From: Convolutriloba macropyga
Taxonomy: Eukaryota
Length of the DNA: 64,000 nt
Assembly: GCF_964194025.1 (NCBI RefSeq)
Contig: NC_134473.1
Coordinates: 66,278,001 to 66,342,000 of the forward strand
Reading direction: 5' to 3'
Shown here piece after piece: positions 26,201 to 40,500 of this stretch. A program made the translations under genes and the position numbers. Within the stretch, counting starts at the first letter, position 1; each line of letters begins with the position of its first letter. The notes beneath the pieces were generated by a model. The model worked only from the letters and a program-made list of their open reading frames with translations. It made no database searches and was not told where the DNA came from.

Positions 26201-29200
26201 GAGTTTGAAAACTAAAAACAGTGAAAATTTGTTCTGTACATTTTTTGATGCCTTGAATCCATAGAACTCAAATGTGGCTTTGTTGTATGTCCTAATGTGA
26301 TTAGGTGCAAGGCCTGATGGAAAAATTTGAGGGCCAGTTTGAGAATCTGGACGTTCAGGCCTCATCAATGGACCAGGCAATGTCCAACACAGTCACCACC
26401 TTCACACCTGAAGACCAGGTGCGGGGCCTCATGCAAGAGGTCGCCTCTGAGGCTGGTCTTGATCTCAACACCCAAATAGCGGTCAGTTCTTTCTACAGTT
26501 TTGTTATACTAACTTCGGATCGTTTCCTTATTTATCCACTCTCCCGGCATATAGTACGACTTCAAAGTGAAATGAGAATTCTATAAAACGACGCTAACTC
26601 AGCTAATTTGTGTTCGCTAAGATGGAAAACAGCAACAAGGAAGATGTTATTTCAGCGAAGGCTGAAGTGTTCATATCTGCTTGCTATGATACCGTTCTTA
26701 ACCCCAACTCGAGATAGAACATGGCGAATTATCTTAGTTTTTGAACTTTATGTGGTTATATTTGCTGAAATGGCCATTCCACAAGCTGAAGAATTTGTTA
26801 TCGATGTAAAATCACTAATTAGGTTGTTCACATAGACTTTGTTCACACAAATTTTGTCCTGGTGAAAGATCCTTGAACCACTTTTTGCACTGCTGACATC
26901 TGTAGTCCGCTCATGCAACGAAGATGTCAGTTCGTCTAGGAAGCTAGAATATTTTTAACTCCTTGTGAACGCTTTTAATTGCTCTCGAATGGGAAGCAAT
27001 TATTGTAAACGTGTGTCTTTTTACGGCTCGAAGAGTATTGGTATTCTACAGGTTTTTTTTAGCTAGAGCAAGTTTGTTCATAACTTGACTTTTGACTTCT
27101 TTCGTTTCGAACTTTTACCTCTGTTTTTGATTCTTGAGTTCTGTTTTCGAACATTGGACTTTAACAGTAGCTTAGTTTGTAATGTAAAGTAATTGGGAAC
27201 TGCTGATAATATTCAAGGTTATGAGGCATTTTGAGATTTTTTGATCCTTTATAAGTCACCCCTACTTTGTCTAAACTACAGACCCCCCTCCCCCCACCTA
27301 CCTACCTGTACCTGCCCTCCCCTACCCACCTACCTCCTCTTCCCCCACCTACCCCCATCAACCTAACCCAACCTACCTACCCTCACCCCTCCCTCACCTA
27401 ACCCCAACACCTACCCACACCCGTGTAATGAAAAATTGTGCCTGTATTTTCTAAAATTCTTTATTGTATTCTATTGGGCTACTTTTTTGTTTTCTCGTTC
27501 TGATGTTTTTACCATTCTGATGGTTCACATGTTTTAGTTTTGATGTTCGGATTTCAGTAAGGTTAGGTTAGAAATTATAATGCCCGACGCTTCAAGTCGT
27601 TTCCGGTATTCTACCGGCTACGTTTTTATGCAAATTTTTCGCTCGACAGTTTTGTGTTTTTCTTCTAGAATAATCTTTGACTTCTCAAGTGACTTTTTCA
27701 CGCACTTCTTGGTTTTTGAGTGATTTCAATTGCTCTCGCTCCGACATAAAGTTTGTTGTTCAAACAAAACCGATTGTTATAGACTCAATGACAAGTCACT
27801 GATAGCCGAGTTGTTAATACCTCCGGCGAGGTGACGTAATCGGACTCAGGAGGTCGTGGTTCGAATCCTACCGCCGGCTGATGTTTTCGCACCCATAAAT
27901 TTATCGAGGCTACAGTCCCTGAATTAAATTGCGCAATTAAATTGCGCCGCCTGTAATTCGAGAGCAATTTTTCGACGTTAGTCGGTTGATGTTAGTTTTA
28001 AAAAAATGTGAAAAAATAATAAAACATCTTGCAGGAATGCTACCATTTTTCTGCTAGGCTACTGCAATCATAATTAATAGCCGAGAAGCGATAGAGCGGT
28101 CATTTGTCTCATCTTGGTTATGGCGATTCGAAGAGGAGTATTGGTTTTCTATCGGTCTTTTTTGTGGGAAATACTTTTGTTCGTGGCGTATTTTGACCTA
28201 AATGCGAAATTGAATAGAATACATGTGAATAATTTTATGATGAACGAGAGTAATTTTTTGGTCATGCGACGCAATTACGGAATGCCTTTTTGACTTAGCG
28301 CAAGTTTTTGACAATGCAATGCATATAGTTAGCTGATTTTAGCTGGTTTTTGTGCCCATTTGTCCATTATTATTGATTGCTCTTTATTGTCGCTTTTTAA
28401 TTGAAAAATGGTTCTTCCATTTGAGAAGCAAAACTATCTATCCTAATAATTTGATAAGTGTTTTTGGGGAGCCCATTAATTGAAGACAAATTTATGGAAG
28501 AATTATGCACTGAAAGCTCGAATTTTAGTTTATTTTTGTGCCTGTTTCATAATTGTTTGTTTTGTATTTTCAAACAATTTTTTTTGTCAATAAAAGCGAT
28601 GGTGGTTTCCATTCAAGTTGTTTGGATTAATGAACTTCTGGCTTGAGTTGCTGACAAAGTGGACATCTTAAAGGTTTTATCGGTCATTTTTTATTCAATT
28701 TTTAATCAATTTTTATCACTTATTATCAGTTGTTAGGTTTTTTGTCACAGTTTAGTTCTGATGAAGCTGTGGATGGATATATGTCAGATCTATGCTTTAT
28801 TAGAAAGAATTTTAGAAAGAAGTTCATAAAAATGTTATAACTTTTTTGCTGCTAATTACTGAAGCTCTCACTGCTTGAGTTCACTGGACCTTCTGTTCAC
28901 TTGCTCGCAAACAAAGTTTTTGGCAATTATATTAGCCCTGTGGTCTTTTTTATGCAATTTTTCCCTTGAACGAATTTTGCGTGACCTTTTTAATTTTTCC
29001 TCAAAAACGTTGAAACAGGTAAAGCCCGGAGGGCATCAGTGTCCGAGCAGCTTTTAGAGCCTTACTAGTCTTGAAGTATGTGATTCTGGGTGTTCTTAAT
29101 TTTAAAAGTTTGGCACCCTCCAATCAGCCCTCACCTCAACACTACCCAGTGCATGAATTCATGTTATTGTAATAATACAAAACATTCCTGTCTTCAAGGT

Positions 29201-30946
29201 TTACGTATTTCCGAAAACTTTCGTTTTAAATTTTCGTTAATTTAAATTGCTTATTTTCGTTAATTTCATGTGAGAGAAGGTTAAAGCGTTCATCATATAG
29301 CATAAGTGAGAAGATCGGAAAAGTTTTGGTAGCTTTGTTTTGGAGGTTTGTTAATCGTTAATTTTTAAATAGTTCAAGATCGATAGGATCAATAAAATTT
29401 CTGTAAAATTTTGTTTTCACTTGATCAATAAAAATGGTGCTGGGAATAAAAGTATTCAGAAGAAATTGTTTGTTGTCAAATTCTACAATTTCATAGAATT
29501 TGATTTTGTTGACTTTTTTATAGAATAAAATTGCTTTTTGTTTAATTGCTCTCAAACGAAGTTTTTAGCAATTATATTAGGTCTGTTGGTCCTTTTATGC
29601 GATTTTTCGTTTGACCGATTTTTCGTCTGACCAATTTGATTTTTCATCCTCAAAAACGGGAGAAACAGGTAGCGACCAGAGGGCATTAGGTGCTCTTTGA
29701 GCCCTTCAGCTCCCTTGTCAGCATGCGATTCACACAAACTGTTTTGGAGACTTATACTTATGGTGTAAATAAAATAAATAAGTGTTTCTGTGTAATCGCA
29801 GCCTTAGGCTTTCAGTCTGCAGTGTATGAACAGTAGCCTGTTCTCAGCTGTCCTTTTTCAATTATTCCCCACACCTCAGACTGTTCATTTGGTGAGCATG
29901 AATTCTCTCTTCTTTTGGTAACTATGGCCACATTTTTTGCGTCTGAGACTTTCACGTGGTACCATTATTGCAGCCAACATTGGCGGTTCTTAGATGTTGA
30001 CCACCCCCCCCCCCCCACTTCACCCCCAATCCCCACCCCTGCACATCATTTGGGTCGTAAGGGTTAAGAGTACCGTGCAGCCAAAGCCCCCCCCCCCTCC
30101 CTCCGTTGCACCCCCCGCTGCGCTCACCTCACGCGCCTGCTATTAAGCTAAAGCTAGCCTCACTAAAACGTAGCTAGCAACTGGCAAAGCTAACCGGTCG
30201 TTTGAGAGAAATTCGCCCGACATTAGTTTTCGTAGTTCTGTTCTGATTCATTTTCAATTAGCCATCCTGCTGTATAAATTGTCTGTCAAAATCCGAGATG
30301 TAATGGCGCTCTTAGTAGTGCGAGCAAATGTTTGGTTTTGTATCTCTCAGTGCTTTTTGGTCAATTTGTCAGGGCTGCCAAAATAAAGCGTTAAATTCTT
30401 GCTTATAATTCTTGGGCAGAGTGTTAGGAGAATTTGTCGTGATCAATATTTGTTTAGACTGTCGTTAAGTTTTATTTAGCGCTTGCTGAAACTCCGAGTT
30501 GTTTCCCGAACTCTGAGCTGAAAAGAGGTCACATAAGCCTGGTAATTATGAAGGTTTTATTACTTGAATGACATCAATTCTAGAAATTTAATTTAAGAAT
30601 AAGGATAATTTGAAATAGGAGTCATTTTTTTCAGCCGCAGTTTTTTCCTTGGGTCTTGATGGTTATCTTAAATATGGAGTCTCAGTGGTCTATTTTGCGG
30701 CTATTGTCCGACAATCTACCGGCTATGATATGATGAATTGTTAGCTATCAATCTCAAATGTGGGAAAATCCTGTGCCACGCACAATCACAGGAGCCTCCT
30801 TAACCTTTGGAACAATTCTAGTTTTTGTATATAAAGCCGTGTGAACTTTGCAGGTGGCCCCGACAGGCGCTGCTGCTTCGTCTCAGAGCGAAGAGCAGGA
30901 GGAACTTTCGAGACGGCTGGCGGCTCTCAGAGACACCCACCAGTAA
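23230..30946 (+). CDS. CHMP1: Charged multivesicular body protein 1 (ESCRT-III, CHMP1/Did2), 4 exons, ~199 aa
   Basis: Exons 23230-23329, 25584-25813, 26305-26481, 30854-30946, phase-consistent GT-AG. Motifs AKIYAENAIRNKNE, MEKFEGQFENLDVQ, C-terminal MIM1 EELSRRLAALR; AATAAA at 31250. Confidence 0.93.
23624..24002 (+). mobile_element. Family-B1 element with tRNA-like cassette (23836-23912), CHMP1 intron 1
   Basis: 5' ttaattgttctcgaacg; 3' cgtacgagagcactt...tttatgtt. Confidence 0.7.
24349..24789. mobile_element. MITE-like element with imperfect TIRs
   Basis: acaggc...agacgtaccaaaatataga versus tctatattttggtacgtct...gcctgt; internal GC-rich gaggcatggccatgg module. Confidence 0.55.
26975..27993 (+). 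mobile_element. Family-B1 element (tRNA-like cassette 27796-27881) interrupted by a nested family-A-like element (27022-27624)
   Basis: B1 sequence attgtaaacgtg...ttttt|atgcaaatttt is split by an insert with subTIRs acggctcgaag / cttcaagtcgt and hairpin CCGGTAttcTACCGG. Confidence 0.75.
27283..27422. repeat. C-rich low-complexity tract (ccta/ccca-like units); G-rich on the minus strand
   Basis: Seen directly; lies inside the nested element. Confidence 0.85.
29543..30230 (+). mobile_element. Family-B2 element, CHMP1 intron 3
   Basis: 5' ttaattgctctcaaacga; 3' tcgtttgagagaaattcgcccgacattagt; C-rich tracts. Confidence 0.7.
30631..30729 (+). mobile_element. Minimal (~100 bp) family-A derivative
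   Basis: agccgca ... tgcggct subTIR pair + ccgacaatctaccgg + ctatga. Confidence 0.5.
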
Positions 30947-32241
30947 CCTCAAAAATGCCATCAAAAAATGCAGCTAACTGAATTCAAATTGTACAAATCA
31001 GAAACCCTGACATAGTCTCTGCGACTAATCATTCCCTTGCTTTAGATGCAGATAGATACCTACAAAGCACATTAGTCATAAAGTTCATCGAGGCTTTTGT
31101 CCCTGCGCTACCTTCTGAGAATTGTTCGATGTTATATTTGAATAATCATTTTGTAGTGACTTTTACTGGTGACATCGGATTCTGTTAACTAAATCGTGAA
31201 ACGATACACCAGTTTTCTGTCGTACTCAAATTTGTTTGTTCACACGATGAATAAATTGGAGAAGTTATTTTCATTCAAGAAAAACGGCTATTATTGTAAA
31301 TGAAATAGTTTTGTTCATTTTCAGTAAAATAAAAGGTTTTGTTACCCAATTCATGAAGACTTCAATCGTTTTATTTGGAAGTTGTCGCTGCGATTTTTCC
31401 ATCTTAACAGCATTGAAGTTTGGTGCTTCTTTTGTGTGAACTGCTTGTCATGTACGTAATACTAAAATTTCGCACAATCCTTTAGTAGTTGAAAATTTAG
31501 CAATTTGGTTAAAAGGAACTTATTTTTAATATCGAGATGAAGCGTTGGTCTTTGAAAAATCCAAAAATGCAGAGTTATAAAAGCTAAGCAGTTTCATTGT
31601 ACGTGTTCAGTGCCCTGTTTCTGTGTCAATTTGTTTCTTCTGTTGATTAACAGTATTGTGAATATTTATTTCCTCAACTCCCCTCTTATAACTGTAAGAG
31701 AAGATTTATTATCATTATAAAGCTTAGCTGTTAGAGTAATTTAAATTTTTCAATCTACAGTTTTTAGGACGTAGTATAGTAGCTTTGAGCTGCCAATCAT
31801 CTAACGGGTTGAATCAAAATTCACTATGGTTGCATTTTTTTATAAAGGTTCTTTGGGGCCTCGAACGGATCAAAGCCCTTTGTCGCTTGTTATCAACTTA
31901 AATATTTTTTATCATTTTGCTAAAAGTTTTTTTAGCTACCGAAATGTGAGAAGCCAGTTTTTGTCTGAAAACCCAATGGTTGGCTGACCATTTTTTGCCC
32001 AATGGAATATCGTTAGGAGCAAGATGTGGGTCGTGATGGTACCTGTTAAATAGATAAACGCAAGTATAGTCAATTTGAACCTTAAAAAAGTAGTTACTGA
32101 ACTTCAAATGCAAACAAAAATAGGCAATAAATATTTCTTCTGGGATGCCTGCTGTTTTTGAGATTCAAGTCTTTTCGCTACGCTTTGGCATTTTGTTACA
32201 TTTTCCTAATTTCTACAGGATTTGGTAATCGCTTTACATTA

Positions 32242-33170
32242 TTAATTGCTCTAAAACGAGCTTTTTGCAGTTATATTTGTCCTGTGGTCTTTTTTATCAA
32301 AGTATTTTTTTATTAGTCCTGTGGTCGATTAGTCCAGTGATTTTTTGTCTGACACTTATGATTTTTCGTCCTCAAAAACGGTATAAAAAGGTAACGCTCG
32401 GAGGTCATTAAGTTCTCTGTGAGCCTTTCGGCTTACTAGACTCTAGGTATGCGATTCACCTGAAATTGTTTTGGAGACATAAATTCATGGTTTGAAGGGC
32501 GGTTCTGAGATTTTGGCCCTCCTTTTCATCCTCCCCCCATCACCCCTCCCCACTCGGTGTTCGTCCCCACCGCCCATAACCCAGCTCGCTCGACCCCCCT
32601 TTTGCCCCTCTCCTGTGACTAGTTTTCAAGTTCAAGTGACTTTTTCACGCTTCGCTTCATTTTTGTTTGTTAAATTAATCTTAATTAGTCTGAAAAAGCT
32701 TAGACTGCAGGAGTTAGCTGCTAAAAGTGTAATGAAAAGTGCACAGAAATTGATTTTACTTATAATTACTCACGAACGAAGTTTTAAGAAATTCATGTAA
32801 AAGGTGTCTTTTTAATGCAAAATTTTTGCTGGGCCGTTTTCTTCCGAAACATGCTTTGGATTTCACTTCTCTATGACTTTTTCACTCGTGATTTTATGGT
32901 TTTTTTGAGTGATTTGAATTGTTTGCTTTCAGAAATTAAGTAGTTTCATAAAAAATGAAACCAATTGTGAGCGAAGAGAGTACATAGCCCGTGTAGCGTA
33001 TGGTTAATGTCCTGTACTCTCAACCGAGATGTCACAGGTTCGAAGCCGTCCTTATTCAAAAGATTTTGCACCAGCTTTGTGATAAGATTTTGCTCTTTTA
33101 TTCAAAAGAGTTTCTCTAGATTTGTGAGTTGTTCGGAAGCAATTTGTCCGACGGTAGTGTTTTCAGTTTA
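32242..33170 (+). mobile_element. Compound B2 + B1 elements; tRNA-like cassette 32986-33058
   Basis: B2 5' at 32242 (ttaattgctctaaaacga); B1 5' at about 32762; 3' ttcggaagcaatttgtccgacggtagt. Confidence 0.65.
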
Positions 33171-33531
33171 AATCCTGTTGTAAATTTATTTCTAATAAAA
33201 GCAGCTAAGGTAATCCCCTTATCCTTCTGGATCAAAATCTTAATTGGTCTTTGCTGGTCGTTTTAGAGCAATTCGTCCTTTTTGTAGGGTTTTCAGAAAA
33301 CAGCCTTCCTTGTCAAAAAAAAGGAACGGCTTTTTCAGTTGTGGTCTTTACTAACAAATTTGGTTCAAATTTGAGTCACGGTTTTCTGGAGCTACGTCAC
33401 TTCTATGGAGTCACAATGTGCTAAATAGAGCGAATTTTTGGTATTATTGTTATTCCACGATTTCCCTCAAAATTGTCATTTTTGTCTAATAGTTACTCAA
33501 GTAGCAATGAGAGTTGCTGTACTGCATCGTT

Positions 33532-33870
33532 TAACTGCCCTCAAACAATGCTTGTGACAATTTTTTAGGTCCTTCATGTTGATCGTTTCAATGCGATTTT
33601 TTGCTTGATCGATTTTTCGTCTTGTGGATTGTCGTCGCAAGCGTGATAAACAGGTGACGCCCGGAGGGTATTGAATCGGCGAGCAGTTGTTAGCGCTTCA
33701 CTAGTCTCTATGTGTACAGTTAGCGAAACTGCTGAAAAGACAAATTCATAGTGTCAGGGGCAATTTTTGGCTGTTTGGACCTCCACCAACAGTTCATTTA
33801 AGCTATCCTCCCTAAGACCAAGCTTTCTACAGCCCAAGCAATTCACCCGACATTTAAATGGTAATGTTTA
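33532..33870 (+). mobile_element. Family-B2 element
   Basis: aactgccctcaaac ... aaacaggtgacgcccggagggtat ... agcaattcacccgacatt. Confidence 0.6.
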
Positions 33871-34564
33871 AGGTATTACTACGTTGGTCTGTCCATAACT
33901 TGAGAAAGTTTGTTGTTTTTGGACGCTTAAAAATTTCAAAAAAGGTACATTGATGTAAAAAAAATTGCTTGTTGGTATTGTGGTTTTTTTCCGGTAAGTA
34001 AGTATAATAGGAGAACCAACCTGAGAAACCATTACGTAAAAAATTGTGCGATTGAGTTGAAAAATTTATCGGCCTTAGTCCATGATGGACTTCATTATAC
34101 CTTTTAAACCAATTTTGCTAGCTTATATACCAGAATTGTCGAAATTTTGAATTTTCATGTTAGATAAGCTTTAGGCAAGTTTTGTATTCGTCAAGCTAAT
34201 CTTGTGTTTTTTTTCAGGTAACAATGATAGGCCATATGCACACTGTCAAATTGCCAAATTAAAATGAATCATTGAGATTTGAAGAGTTTGAGGTTGCTGT
34301 ACATTTTGAGGAATTTGATTACCAGATTTATTTTGATGACGAAATTTATTTCAAAATTCTATCTTGCTTTCTGACTGATCTTATCAATTTGCCTTAGTTC
34401 CCTGTCTTCATTTTGTGATTGTGACTACTCAAGCTATCGATATTATCAGTGCCAATTAAAAACTCCTATTTTGTACAAATTTGCATCAAACTGAAGAACA
34501 CATTCACTACTGCCTCAATCATTAGCGCATCATCAATCAACAAGTGATATCATCTTAAGCGACA

Positions 34565-37500
34565 ATGGCAAGTGGAGAAAATTCCAGTGAGTAGCTAACA
34601 TTTGGGAAAGAATGTTACCACATAATTGTTATCGCTAGCGATAAGTTATCGAACTCCGAGGCGAAATCGAGTTGCTGAAATTTTTCGAGAGGTTGATAGC
34701 AACCTTAGGGTAATGTTTTTTATCAACAGTTGTTGTGATTACAAAATTTGCATAACTTGTACCACACTGTAGCTGATTAAACAATCATTTTTGTCATTCT
34801 TCATATAGCAACAGCGGCGAGAAAAGAGGAAAAAGTGTCTAATAGTAGCAACTGTTTCGGATTTTTGAATTTTTCATCGGGCCCTAATAGGTTATTTCAT
34901 CGGTAATTGCAACATCTTTAATTGATTAAATGAATCAACAAAACAAACAAATTCTTCGCGACTTATGAGGACTAAGAACATACCTAAAAGTTGAGGTGAA
35001 AGTTTGTTGGGTGATGGTGAAATTTTTTATATTGACTTAATTGTTAATCGACAAATGGAGTAAAATACTGTTTAATGCAAGTAAAAGTAACTTTTCAGTA
35101 AGGCTCAACTGTGTTAGCTTGATTTTCTCAGGTCAAACTGGGGATGCGGTGGATGGTATCCCAAATCCGTGGAACAGATTGTCTGTTCCTGGCATGGAGG
35201 CAATGGACATAGATGCTGCTAGTGCTTCTACCTCGACAGCTGCAGAAACTACCTCTGCCTTCAGAGCCTCCATTCCTCGCTCTGAAAGGGCACGATTCAA
35301 GTCATGGATGTTCGAAGTTAGTGCTGCAAAGCCGGCCATGCTGTTCTCTCAACACATTTATAATTTCTCGTCTCTAATGTCAAAAATCTGAGGCTACCGT
35401 ACAATGTTATTTTTATAGCTGCGAAGCTGTAAGCTGAGCGAAGCTATATTGCGGTGCTCTTGGTTTTTTATTACAATTCAAAGAATTTGAATTGTATTGG
35501 GGCGCTGTCTTTTTTTTAAGATCTGTTCACACATTTTCATGATTTTTGAAGTCAAATTGGAGTAGTGATTTTGGTCACGCCGAAACAGGAAATGGAGCGA
35601 AAAAGCGAGTGGTTTTGCGGCTCTAATTTTAAAGTAGAATGAGAAAATGGTGTTTGAACAAAATTTCGCTTTCTCGCTAGTGGTTTTTTGTTCACATGCG
35701 GCAGTTTCACTTTGATTTTAACTGTTTTTTCGATTTTTTTGGATCGGGTTTTTTCTAAATGGTTTTCTCAATCCATTAATAGTTCATTCTAGGCCTAGTT
35801 TTTTGTGTGCACCAAATTGTCATTTCTCGCTAGTGGTGTTTTGTTCACATGTGGCATTTTGACACCGATTTTTTAATATTTTTTATCTGATTTTTTTAGA
35901 AATGGATTTCCCAATTCACTCATAATCCGTTAAGTCATTTATTGTTTAGTCAATGAAAATTCTTTGAATTGTACGTTAGGACTTGTCCTGCTATGTTTTT
36001 TGTTTCGTCGTCTGACGCTCTTTTTTCGTTTTACATTTGTTCACACAGCAAAGCTGAAAAAGTCAAATTTTCTGAATGACTTCTTCCTCTCACTAACGGC
36101 ATCTGCGCGCGTGACGTCATTTCTCACTCGTTTCAGCAAAAGTTTTAAGGTTATTTGCGTGATTAGACTTTGATCATACGTGACTTACCTCACTCAATAA
36201 AATGGCTTTTGCACTTTAAAACTTAAGTTTAATTTGAATTTGTTTAAGGTCAAAGGAACTCATTTGTGCAGTAAAGGTCCCTAATAAGAGGCTTCTGCGG
36301 AATGAATTTTAAAAAGCTTTATTAATTTATCGCTGATTGTTTTTTACCTAGTTTTTTTTATAGCGGCGTCGATTTTTTTCCAATTTAGATATGTATCTGT
36401 TTCTATCTCTATTATATGGCACGCAGGTCTATTCTTTCGCAGCTATTCCGGAAATCTGCCGGCTATGTTACTAATGACCCATTTAGGACCCACTTAAGAG
36501 ATCCACCTCTGTGCATGCAAAATTTCTTGCTAACTGGGTTCAAAATTTATCAATTACAATCAGTTGATGATAGTTTCATATCAAGTCCCACGGGGCGCTG
36601 AGGCATGGCCAAATGATTATTTTACCAAAATTAATAGTACCAATTATATGAAGGAATAGAATTGACATGGGTTTAAACAAATAGGAGTGAAAAAGCGGGA
36701 CACCGACATTATAACCTGTTAAGTTATGGTATAATCTACATTTTGTGTCGATTTTTGAATTGCTGCCGTGGATAGCCAACTGCCTTTCTCACGTTTGGTT
36801 GTTTTTCCTTCAACGCTTAACAAAATCTGCACCTTATTTCGTTTCAGTAAGCACATTGCAACTTGTTCTGCATAGTTTTACTGTTGGTTTTGTGTTACGC
36901 TTGACTGGTTACGGCTTCTGAAATTTCATTTAGTTTGCTCGACTTCAACTTTATATTGCTCCGTTCATATAAGTCTCTGTGCCGATATAATTCTGCTCAA
37001 ACTTACAACTTAAACTGAATTTTGACTACCATTTGCAGTTATAGAGTTATTGCAAAACCTGCTGCCCTGTTTTGATGATTTGATTGGATTGGACAATCTA
37101 CATGTATACTTTTAACTTGACTAAATTATTACGCACTGAATAGAACTGCTGTATCAATATATTGCAATTACGAGCATTTATCGAAATTCGTTCAAATTTT
37201 GTGGCTTTCAAAGAAAGATATGGTAAGCTGTTGCTTTAGGAACTAAACATCCACAATTTAGGCAGCTTTATGTCAGCTTATTTCAAATCGTCACAGAAAA
37301 GTCACTGAAAGTGAGCTTTTGGCCAATATAATAATTGCTGAATCGTTAAGGGTTAAGGTAAATTACAAACCCCCCCCCCCCCCTCAACTCAACTGGAAAG
37401 TTTTTGGTCGTGCTCATTTCCATTTTGGTTCAAGTGAGGTACCAACTTCGGAATGTTTTTGATTATTTCCCTCTACTGTCTACCGTGATTCTCCTGATAT

Positions 37501-40500
37501 TTAGTTTTGAGAAGGCATGCAAAATTTAGCGCCGTCTTTGTCTGTGGTTCAGTTTTCAATTCTATGAAAGTTTTGAGCGGGAATATTGTGAGCAATATTC
37601 CCAATAAAATTCTTGAAAACTTCAGCAACTTGTCGTAATCGTTGTTAAGTTGATTAAAAAGATAAGCACACTTGCTATTAATCACTCAATTTTTTTTAAT
37701 TAACTTGGCTTCACCTTGGAGCTCAATAACTTCTTAAGACTGAAGCAGGCTGCTACAATAGAATCTAACCTCATCAGTTGTGAGCAGTTCGGTCGAGGTT
37801 ATCCGGTCAACGCTCTTTGCGGTTACAAAAGTTACATAACTTACGCCACTGTGCAATTGAATAGAGTTTATTGTTCCGACCCCACTTGTGGGGGGGGGGA
37901 GGAACTATATACTCAAATGGGTTTTTTTTGTTCAGTCAATTTTGGCCGATCGATATATTCACCACAGAGAACTGTGAGTGGTATCATTGAAAAGCTGGTC
38001 CAGCGTAAAATTGAAAATTAAAAAGATTTTTTGGCTTTCGTTTTTTTCGAGTAGTTATCGAGGATTGAAATTTTGTGTGAACACGGGATATTTGTTCACT
38101 TTTAGTGTGATTTTTCTTCAAATCAAGATATTTTCTATAAAAATAGTTTTTCAAACTTAAATTTCTTGCCAAAAAATGAACCAATTTTGTGTTCGTAATA
38201 GACTAAAGGCGTTAAAACATACTAGTTCTGGTCTCATAGGGAGGTTCAATATCAAAAAAATTTGAATTCTGTCTGAGAGCTCTTTTTTTTATAAAACTTT
38301 TCTACTTTTTTTTTGCTTTTTTAAGTCACATAGAGACAAGTCACTTTTCATATCGAGGTTCCGTTAATGACAAACCTCCTTGACAGTTAAATGAAGCCCA
38401 GTCAACAAAAAAAATCGTTTTCAAGGAATTGCTCATGATTTTTTTTTACTTCGAATCTGAGTTTTGTTAATTTTAAAAGAAATTTTGAATTTCTTTTGGA
38501 GGTTTTACTAATTTTTTGGAGTATTATGGCATGGACTCACTGACTAACAATGCAATATGTTCCGTAATGAGATTTAAGTGAACATATCTAATGCTTTGAG
38601 AGGACAGCTAATAGCTGTTAAGACTTTAAAAATAACTTTTCGAAATTTTTTTTCGATTATTCACCAATCGTAAACTTATTATCGTGAACTGTAAGTCAGT
38701 CTCTGCGATGACAGCACCCTTATCCGTCCCACTGTAACCAAATTTGATCTGGCTAGCAATTTTATCTTCTAATTTTTTGTTATATAACTTCAATGACACA
38801 AGATTTCAAAAAAATTTAAAAAACTTTTGGATGTTTCCGTATTTTTCTTTACTTTTGAAATCTTATCGCATTATCCTAAGTTTGACAGCTCCTACTGGGT
38901 TAAAGAAAACCTTAAGTGGATCACATATTTAAATTTTTAGAGAAAAGCTGACGGTTTGAATGGCTTCGACCTTTTCTTCTCGCACTTTTTTACTGAATTT
39001 TTGTTTTTTGCCGGTTTTTGTTGTTGTTGTTGTTTTCATGGTCATAAGACTTCTTGTGAAGTCATATTGATCACCTATGTATGACAAACATCCCTATAAT
39101 CCCAATTGGGGCGTATTTGAGGGTGGTTTTTGGCTTCCGTCGAAATCTATTGAATTTAATGGCTGTTACGAATTTAAAGATAATTTTTTGAAAATTTTCT
39201 TGAACATTAACCAATCTTAAAGTTTTCGTGAACCGTTAGTCGGTCTCAGTTTTGACAGAACCCATTTATTTTCTACTGCAACTGAAATTAATCTCGTTAT
39301 CGGTTTTATCTTCTAACTTTTGGTTTAATGAATTCAGTGACAAAAGAATTCAAAATTTATAAAAAATTTTTGATATTTTCGTATTATTGGTTACTTTTGA
39401 ACTCTTATCATATTATCGAAATATTATGCACATTATCCAATTATTATTCTAATCCCAGTGGCGCAAAGAAGACATTGAGTGGATCACAGATAAAGTTTTC
39501 AGAGAAAAGTTAATGGTTTAAATGGCTTCGTTGTTTTCATAGTCTTAAGACTTATTGTGATAACTTATTGATTATCTATGCATAAATTTTTTTCCCGCCA
39601 TCTTGTTATTTCTGAACTTAGTTATTGACCTCCCTTGAAAGCTTTTGAGTTTAAAGGCTATTAAGACTTTTTTTTGGACATTAACCAATCCTAACTTTTT
39701 TTCGCGAACTATTATTCAGCCTTAGTACTTACAGGATCCTTTTTTATTTCTAGTCCCGCCAAAAATAATCTGGTTAGCGGCTTAATTTTCTACCTATTAA
39801 TTTTAAAACTTCAATGCCATTAGTTTTCATAAATTTTTAATTTTCGGGTACTTTTTCTTATTTTTGGATCCTTTTGAAATCTTATCACATTATCCTATTA
39901 CTGATAGTTCCCATTGGTTTAGGGAAGACGTTCAACCGATCATAGATAAAGTTTTCAGAGAAGGACCTATGATCAAAAATTGCTTCGACACTTTCTTCTG
40001 GCACTTTTCTAATGAATTTTTAGTTTTTGCCTGCCTTTGTTGTTGTTTTCATCGTCACTTGATGTAACATCTTATTGATGAAATTTGAATGACAAACAAA
40101 CTTGTTGTCCCATGGAGGCATAATGTCTCGTATTTAGTGGATTCCGTTGAAAGCTTATGAATTAAATGGCGTTGATACTACGAGTTTTTTCAAAAGTTTC
40201 GTGGCTCTTATGTATTTGTTCATATTTGATTTTTTGAAATTATATTGATAATAAAAGAAGAATCCCAGTTCTGTAAAAATATTATATGAACATAGAAAAG
40301 TTTTTAGTGAAAAGTTCATTTTTTAATGCCTCCGACAATTTTCTCGCCTAATTTTTTTCTAGAAATTGCTGTTTTTGCCTGTTGTTCCTTAGGTAGCCGT
40401 AAATTGCCGACAAATCTCTTAAGCTTGTATTTGAGGATTGAATTAATGATGTTGCCCAAAGCAGTCAGTTCTTAGCCTTTAGTTTTAAATTTTATGATAT

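Noticed and set aside
27796-27881. Functional tRNA genes (this and six similar cassettes)
   Set aside because: A/B boxes are present, but acceptor and anticodon stems could not be folded convincingly and all lie within repeat elements; treated as tRNA-like.
23210-34220. Trans-splice acceptor or operon signals upstream of co-oriented genes (tatacag before the CHMP1 ATG; ttttttcag at 34217)
   Set aside because: Indistinguishable from 5'-UTR cis-introns or chance in T-rich DNA, and intergenic gaps are several kb; unsupported without spliced-leader reads.
35133-35339. Plausible-looking minus-strand 68-aa ORF (MAGFAALTS...)
   Set aside because: Antisense shadow of + strand exon 35132-35316, which has a proper acceptor and donor and phases matching the caspase chain.
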